Source of the DNA: an uncultured Candidatus Saccharibacteria bacterium
GTDB taxonomy: Bacteria; Patescibacteriota; Saccharimonadia; Saccharimonadales; CAYTTW01
DNA: 24,000 nucleotides
NCBI GenBank assembly: GCA_964441005.1
Contig: CAYTTW010000002.1
Span: 7,082 to 31,081, forward strand
Reading direction: 5' to 3'
Shown: one piece after another, positions 1-9,000 of the stretch
Position numbering within the stretch: the first letter of the stretch is position 1
Layout: every line of letters begins with the position of its first letter
Made by a program: the position numbers and the translations under genes
The notes under the pieces: generated by a model
What the model saw: the letters and a program-made list of their open reading frames with translations, nothing else
Told to the model about the DNA's origin: nothing
The model's database searches: none

Positions 1-3000
1 GCCTTGGAGCAATCCGGAGCCAGAGTTGACGCCGACAGCGGTGACGGCACCCGTGGAAGCTACCTGGAAGTTACCAGTTGTGCCACCAACAGATAGCAGA
101 CCCGCTGGAGTACCTGAGGTGCCAATACCGACGTTACCATTACGCTCAAAGTCAATAATTTCAGTTGTAAGTGCGGCTGCGTCAGTAAGTGAACGAATCT
201 TGAGCTGGCCGCCATTGTTAAGGATTTGGAAGTTCTTTAGATCGGTTCCTTGGTCAGAATCACGAAGCACAATGCCAGGAGTGGTTGATTCAATATGCAG
301 GGTGGCCTGAGGTGTCGTGGAACCAATACCCACATTGCCATCGGCCCGGACATAGAGGCCGTTAGTTGAGCCATTGTTGCTGGTGACTTTTAGAGCGTAC
401 TGACTTGAACTACTCGATTGGACATCGATGCTTACCCCGTTGCCGCTGGCGTTAGTACTGTCGAGGGTTGCCAACGTACCAGTACCAGCGTTGTTTACGC
501 GCAAGCCATCTACGGCACCAGAAGCTAACTGGTCAAGATTGAGGATGTAGCCACTGTCAGTACCACTGCTGGAAGGATTACGCAAGATGAGAGAATCATC
601 AGCCGTAGACAAAGTAATAAGGGTATCACTCCCATCAGCATCCGCATCATAACTTTGTTGCAAGGTTACCCCGGCTGAGTTAGTGCCACAGTTGGTAATC
701 TGAGTGGTGGTCGCGTCGCGACACAGGGCTACCGGGTTAGAACCAACACCTGGCAGGCTACCAAAACTAATGGCTCCGGCACCAGTTACTGTAAAGTTCA
801 GGCTGTTAATGAGGTTATCCCAGTTGCTATCAATGTTGATGGCGTTTTCGGTACCGGCGCCCAGTGAAGTAGGTCCTTGGAGTTTGATACCATTTTCGGT
901 GACTCCCGATACTGCTCCAGTACTAGCCCCTACAAAACGCAAACCGCTCCAAATGCCACCACTGGTGGTACCGGGGGTCAGATCAATCCGTTGGGCCGCG
1001 GCTTCAACGTTAGCGGCTCCACCGACGTAGGTTATTTGGAGGTTGTTCGCCCCGGCAGTTATTACTGGGAAGCCGGTATTATCTAACTTAACTAAATCAG
1101 CGGTCGTTTGGGCGGCAGCCGGTGTTACTAATAGAGCATTGGTTGTCGTACCTGCCCCTACTACCTGGAGGCGAGCTGTAGGCGCTGTCGTACCGATACC
1201 CAAATTTCCACCTTGTAAGAAGGAGTTACCACTTGAGGATATCTTATTAATATAAGCCGTATTTACTACTGGCTGAGCACCCGAAGGTGTAATCGAACCG
1301 GTATCTTGGTAAGTGGTAGCTGTAATCCCTGAAGCAATCAGCAGCTCACTCCCGGCAGTTCGGCCATACACTTGGTAAGAGGCCGCCCCAGTCACTGCGC
1401 TCCAGGTAATAGTTACCTTGTTGTCATTGGCTGTGGCCGTACCGGTGCCACAAACCACTGTCGCCGCGGAAGATGTTGTGGTCGTGTTACCGCTAGGATC
1501 AACTGCCACTACTTTATAAGAGTACGAGCCACCGTCTAGCAAAGTGCCGCCCGTATCCAAGTTACAAGCCGCTGACTGGCCAGTCGGGGCGGACATCCGG
1601 TTAAGTAAGATGTTATTACTGGTTTGGTCAACATAGACCTGGTCCTGAATATTACGGTAGCCAGCATTGGCGTCGCGAGCTTCTAGCATTCGAGCGTCAC
1701 TACCAGCTTCATATGCCAAGGCGTTTAATAGTACGCCCTTACCGTTATTATTCTGAGCTAGCTCACCAGTCTGATCGTGGAACCAAACACCACCTTTCTC
1801 ACTTTCGCCAATAATACCTTCTATTTTTGTTGAATCCGCTGTTAAGGTATAGAGAGTTCTAAACTGACTGCGAATCGCGGTAACGTCCTGACCAGAATCT
1901 ACACCCCCACCAATATCGGTAGCACCCGCATAATCTTGAGTGATAATGTGAGGCGGCGAAGTTACGGTTGAGGCATAAGTAGCTGAAGCGTGTCCCGAAG
2001 TAGTAACAACTGGGTAGATATTGCCGCTGGCCGTATCGTTACCAACAGTTATGACGTTCTTACCATAATTTTTCCAAAGCGAAAGCGCCTTAGCGGCCGC
2101 AGTGCTATCGACACCCCAGACCCGGAAGTCCGCAATATAGACATCATAGTCAGACGCCGCCAAGACATCAGCACTTGAGGTAAAGTCGACTGTTGCCACA
2201 ATGTAGTTATTGTTCTTTAGATATAGCCATTCATCAGCATTGCTTTCTAGGCTGGCGTTAGCGCCAAACAGCACGGCTCGGGGCTTGCGACCAATGTTTT
2301 TAACTGTATTGTAAGTAACGTCTAGGTTCCCGCCAGATAAGGTGGCTCCAGCATTGGCGACCGACAATGACACCGCCCCACCGGTAGCCGTGACAACCGA
2401 GGAAGCATGCGAGCTACCAAGATTGATAGTCTGCGCAGCACCGGTTGAAGTACCAATATTCACAGTGGTGGTGTTGGCTGTTGAACCGGTCTTACCAATG
2501 TTCACCGTTGAGTTTACGGCGTTGTTGGCAATGTTTATGGATCCACCTGAGGCTGCTTGAAGATTAATAGCATTTGTTCCGGTGCCACCCTGAATGGTTG
2601 TGACGTTGGCGACTGCCGAGCTTGAACCAATAGTTACCGTTTGCACGCCCGAGGCACCGGTGGTATCAGCAATATGAATTGTCGAAGCCGTGGTAGCCGA
2701 GCCCACCGTGCCAATGCTGATGCCAGCGTTGTTAGGGCTCACCGTAAACACATCCGTACCACCATTCTGGATGGCAAACCGGCCACCACTGGCGCTACAA
2801 GTTGTACACTGCAAGTTGAAGATAATACTGGGGTCTGTGGTCGTATCTGCTGCGTTAATTACAATGTTTTTGTTGTCGGCCAGCAGAATGGTAGCAGGGC
2901 TAGTAGAGTTATCGTACGCATTTTGAAGAGTTGTCGAAGAACCACCGCCACCGCCACAGGCGGCGTCAGTCTGATTACACAGAACCTTCACAACACCATT

Positions 3001-6000
3001 TTCTATAACTGAGAGATGGTTACTGGTTGAGTTGTAGAACAGTCCTCCGTTGAGCGCTGCCAGGTTTGTGGATGGATTAGCCGTTGCCGCGTCTACCTGC
3101 AGAATGGTGGTAGCGGTATCGGTACCGGTGGAGTTACCAACCTTGATCAGGTTACCGCCGGAAGCTGAACGAGCTGAGCTATCAGCGGTTAGCAGAGTTT
3201 CAGCCGCCGCGGAATTTTGGATCAAGAAGGCACTCGCCGAGGTCGTGGCAATAGAGGACGTACCCGTTGTTGAAATATTTCCGCCAGATGTCACCTGGAA
3301 CTGGCTAGAGGAACCAACATTAAGGGTACCGCTTGTATCAATGAGTGCTCGCTGTAAAGAGTTCGTGTAAAAAGCAATCGGCACACTTGAGCCCGCACCG
3401 CGGATTTGTAGTTGCCCGCTTTGGCCGTCTATAGAGCCGCTGCTGCCAAAGGTTTCATGAGTTTGGCCAGATCCATCAGATCCAAAGCTAATCACGCCAC
3501 CTGTAGCATTATCTTGAATTTTAAGGATGGTACTGGCACTGGTCGGGCCAACTATTCCTAACGTCGCTGCCGGACTCGCTGTACCAATACCTACCCGGCC
3601 ATTCAGGGTGTCAGCGACGAACAAGTTGCTCGTGCCAGCACTGTTCTGGATCTGGAAGGCGCTAGTTGAGTCAGACACGTTCTGGAGTGTCAGCGGATTG
3701 TTAATCGTTCCCCGCAACTGGACGGCTCCTTGGCTGGCATAGGGGGCAGCTGTGGCACCAGTGTTGAGCTCCACTGCATCGAGGAAGAATGTACCAGTAG
3801 CGGTAGAGTTAATAGAGATGGCCGTAACGTTGGTCGTCGTGGAAGTAAAGGTACAGGTATAGCGCTGGAAGCCAGTAGTCACCGGGGCTACGTAGTTAAC
3901 CAAGGTACAGGCTGGGGCGCTGCCGCCAGTAATGGCAACACTAAGCGTACCGGCGTTGGTCCCCTTCTCGGCGTAGAAACTAAAGGTGTACTGGGCAGGA
4001 GTGATGGCAGCTGTAAAGCTGGTGACGTTAGCTCCCCCACCGGCAACGGTAACGTTAACCGAGTTACTGGCGGCACCGTGATAGGTATTGGACTTGGTAG
4101 TATTACGGGTACCGGTGGCATTGGTGTAGCTCCAGCCGGTGGTAACATCCGTCTCAAAGCCCGGGTTGGTGACCAAGTTGCTGGTAGTGCTAGTATCAAC
4201 CAGGAAGATAGGCGTCCCACTGGCGTTTTGCACCTGGAAGGCCGTGGTTGAATTGGTAGGCGTCTTAAATAGTGCCCCACTGCTGTTGACATAGGCTGTG
4301 AACCCAGAGCCATTAGCACTGTTACCGACCTGAAGAGTGTTGGTGCCTGTAGCTACGTTATTAATAGTGATAGTGTCATTGCCACTAGAGTTGCCGATGT
4401 TGATGGCTTCGTTGCTGGAGCCTCCTCCCACATTGACAGTGGTAGCCGTTTGACCAATGTTGACAATGCCAGCCCCAGTAGTATCCAGCAGGAGTGTGCC
4501 AGTGCCAGTCTGTAGAACATTAGAGGTGTAAACATTGGCAAAGCGCTTAGCTGTCGAGCCCAGATCTCGAGTGTTGTCTGCTTCGGGGCCAATGTTACCC
4601 CCTACTTCGAGCTTAAAGGTGGCGGGGTTTGTTTGGTTGATGCCAAAGTTACCATTATTAAGGATGGTAGCCACTTCCGAACGCGAGGTTGCGCCATTAG
4701 GCGTTAGCTCAAATGTTAACTTGGCGCCGTTGGCTGTAGCCGTCCAGTTTTCAGCAGCGTAGGCAATAATTCCAGCAGAATTATTAAGAGTATGTGCGGC
4801 ATCGCGTGAACCGCCCAACAAGAAAACACCTAAACGGTCACCCGAAGAGATGGCAGCCCCATCGTCAGAGTAGACCCCAATGCCACCACCAGCATTAGAT
4901 GCGCTTGCAGCAGTATTGATAACACTTTCACCAACAACATTGGTATCAAATACTGTCAGTTTTGAGCTTACGCTGGTTGTGCCACCAATGCCTATACGTC
5001 CGTCTCCTCGAGCAATCAGTAAATCAGTTGCGGCATTATTAGCAGTTAGCTTCAAAGCGTACTGGCTAGAGCTGCTTGATTGGATATCAATATTCACCCC
5101 GTTGCCGCTGGCATTACTGCTATCAAGAGTGGCTAAGTTACCGGTACCAGCATTGGTAACCCGAATGTTGTCGACAGCTCCTGAGGCCAGCTGATCAAGA
5201 CTGAGAATGTAACCACTATCAGTGCCGCTGCTGGCTGGGTTGCTGAAGATTAGAGAGTCATCAGCACTGGTTAAATCAATGCGAGTGTCAGAACCGTCAG
5301 TATCGTTGCCGTATGCTTGTTGCAATGTTGTTGTTGAGCCACTTCCACCACCACAAGCGGCATCAGTCTGATTACAAAGGATTTTTACAGCGCCGTTTTC
5401 AATCACTGAGACGTGATTATTGGTGGAGTTGTAGAACAGACCACCGTTTAGGGCCGCCAAGTTAGTCGATGGATTAGCTGTCGCTGCATCAACCTGAAGG
5501 ATAGTAGTATTGGTGTCGGTGCCAGTCGAGTTGCCTACTTTTATTAAATTGCCCCCTGAAGCAGAGCGAGCAGCGGTATCGATTGACAGCAAGGTATCGG
5601 CTGCTCCAGAGTTCTGGAATAAGAAGGCAGTGGCTGAATTTGTTGTTGGCGCAAAGCTTGCCGAACCCACCGATGTTAAGTTGCCGGTGCTGGCTACCTG
5701 GAAGTTGCCAGTCGTACCGCCTACCGATAATAGTGAGGCTGGATTACCAGATGTACCAATGCCCACATTCCCAGAACTGAACAGGACGTTGGTCCATGAG
5801 CCAGCGCCACTTCCACCGCCAAAGTTAAGAGTGGTAACTTGTCCAGCAGCACCACCTGTCCCTACACGTTGCGGCGACAAGTTGGCGCTAGTGCCTTCTA
5901 CCGATAAGAATGCCGAGTCAAAATTAGACGAAGAAGCATCGTTAGCTAGCGATATCTTCGAGTTACTATTAGTGCCATTGGGGTTAAGCTGGAAACTAGC

Positions 6001-9000
6001 ACCACGGTTCGTGCTCACCGCCTTAAAATCGAGCCGATCATACGACGCCGCCGTGCCCGGAACCAGATCAATAGTATCGGTGTTAGTGCCAGTTCCTTGT
6101 AGCCTAATGCCAGTTGTGCCTGCTACCTGCAACGAGGTTGCCGGTGCCGCCGTCCCAATCCCCACCCGTCCATTCAACGTATCAGCCACAAATAGGTTGC
6201 TGGTACCAGCAGAGTTCTGGATCTGGAAGGCACTGGTGGAGTCAGTCGTATTTATGAAGCTGGTTGGTGAGGTAATGACACCATTGAGTTGAAGCGAACT
6301 TTCTTGGAAAGGTTTGGCGGTGGCAGCTACCTCAATTTGTAGGGCATCCAGGAAGAAGGTACGGGCGGAACCTGGGGCATCGGCTTCTTTCCAGTAGATG
6401 AACGTAGTGGTACCGGTGGTGGTGAAAGTACAGGTGTAGCGGGCCCAGCCCGTCGTGGGTACGGCTTGAGTAGCTAGGGTTGGACTTAGAATACAGTTGT
6501 TGTCAGAACCGTTGTTGGTACCAACTTGAAGGTTGGTGCCAAAGGCCGTACCGGCCGTCTGCATAATGGAGAAGCTGAGGGTGTAGGTGTTAGCCGCCAG
6601 AGTGCTGGCTGGGGTGTACTTAACGCCATCGCCAATGGCGGTGGAGGTCAGGGCGATCTTCTCAGAAGCACCACCAATGTAAGCTTGAGTGGTATCCCGA
6701 GCTGTTGTTCCTGTTCCCTGCTTCAGGGCCCAGTTAGTGTTGTCCGTACTTTCAATACTGGGGTTGTTGAGCGTGGTGTTGAGGGCATTGGTGTTGACCA
6801 GAACACTGTTGCTACCAATAGCGTTCTGGATTTGGAAGGCCGTGCTGGTATTAGCGACAGTTTTGAATATTGCTCCAGCACTGCTGAGGTAACTGGTCAG
6901 ACTTGAGCCATTGCTCGTGTTACCTACCTGCAGGGTATTAGTCCCAGAGCTAACGTTGTTGATAGTAACAGTGTCATTACCGGTGGAGTTGCCAATGTTG
7001 ATGGCTTCATTGGCACTACCACCACCTACGTTGACCGTAGTAGCATTGGTACCAACAGTGACTGTTCCCGCGCCAGTGGTGTCCAGGGTCAAGGTACCAG
7101 CACCGTTCTGGAGGACATTAGAGGTGTAGACATTGGCAAAGCGCTTAGCTGTCGAGCCAAGATCTCGAGTGTTATCTGCTTCAGGACCAATGTTACCGGC
7201 TACTTCCAGTTTGAAGGTGGTGGGAGTGGCTATGCCAATCCCCACCCGCTCATTGGTGGTGTCAATATCAAACACGGCGTTGGTATTGCCTGATGGCTGA
7301 ACTTGGAGGGCAGCTGTGGAGTTGGTCTTGGGCTTGAACAGGAAGGCGCTCGTGGAAGAACTGTTATTAGCAACCGTTAGGACATCAGTTCCAGCGTTCT
7401 GGACCTTAAAGACTCCACCGCCGGCGCTACAGGTGACACACTGGAGGTTGAAGACGATGTTTGGGTCGGTGGTGGTGTCGGCAGCATTAACCACAATGTT
7501 TTTGCTGTCAGCCAGGAGGATGGTTGCCGGCGATGTGGAGTTATCGTACGCCTGTTGAAGTGTTGTCGAAGAGCCACCCCCACCGCCACAAGCCGCATCA
7601 AACTTATTACAAATAATTTTCACAACGCCATTTTCTACAGCTTCTAGATGATTCGTGTTGGAGTTGTAGAATATACCACCGTTCAGTGCCGATAGGTTAG
7701 TTGAGGGATCAAGGGAAGTGGAATCAACCTGTAGAATAGTGGTGTTAGTGTCGGTGCCGGTTGAATTACCAATCTTAACGAGGTTACCACCAGAGCCAGA
7801 TCGAGCAGTGGTATCAACCGTCAAAAGTGTGTCGGCCGAGCCTGAATTTTGCACAACAAAACCAGTGGCACTGTTTGTGCCGGTAATAATGCTCTGGGTG
7901 CCACCAACGGTGATGCGTCCATTCAACGTATCCGCCACAAGTAGGTTGGTAGAACCTGTCGCGTTCTGAATCAGTAGAGCGGTTGTACTGTCACTGGTAT
8001 TTCGTATCGACAGCGGACTGGTAATAGTAGCATTGAGGTTGATGTTGCCACCACCGTAAGCGGTAGCGTTGGAGCCGGTCTCTAGTTGGACGGCATCAAT
8101 AAAGATCGTGCCAGCTCGGGCCGTGGCGTCTGACTGCTTGACGTAGATATTGCTGCTAGTGATGGTACCACCAGTGGTGAAGCTACAGACGAAGCGGGTC
8201 CAGCCAGCGTTACTCAGAGTCTGATCCTGGGTACCGTTGATCGTACAGTCAACGTCCGTACCCGAAACGTCCTGACGACCGATACGGAAAGTGGTCATGG
8301 CACCACTACTGAGTCGTGCGTAGAGGCTCAGAGTGTAAGTGGTAGCAGTACTAAACGTAAATGGTAGTTGGGCACCAGTGTTGGCAGTCGCTAAGGTAGT
8401 GATTTGGCCCGAAGCATTACCAGTGTAGAACTGAGCGGTGGAACGAGCAACGGTACCAGTTCCCTTACCGACCCAGCTGGTCAACGGGTTGGCTTCAAAG
8501 CCAGGGTTGAGGTTGGCGAGTAAGTTAGAGTCCGTGGTGTCAACGCCGAAGATGGGGGCTGCAATGGCGTTCTGGACTTGGAAAGCAGTGGCGGTGTTGG
8601 TGTTGGTCTTCACAATAGTACCTGCCGACGCACTGTTCGTAATCAGGTTAATATTACCAGTCCCCCCTTGAATGGTGGTGGTACTGGCATTGGCTGTGCT
8701 ACCAATCGTCACCAAATTAGTACCACTCCCTGTTGGGGTGCCATCGGCAATGTGCACGGTGTTACCACCAGCTACAGTGGTAGGGTTAGTCGCAATGTTG
8801 ATGGTATCTACGGCAGCATTAGCTGTACCTGTAGTGTTGCCAATGTTGATGCTTCGGGCCGCTGCTGGGTTGATGTTGCCAAGGTCAATCTGGTTGACCC
8901 GAGTGTTGTCGCCAAGCTTCAGGATACCGGTGCCCGCTGTACCCACACCTGAGAGGATGTTGACGTTAATCGCGGTACCAGCACCAGCTCCGTTACCAAT

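Noticed and set aside
2740-7872. Repeat pairs as template/variable repeats of a diversity-generating retroelement
   Set aside because: No reverse transcriptase ORF is in the window. Differences between copies are not restricted to adenine positions; in the 85-nt core they include c/a, g/a and cc/gg changes.
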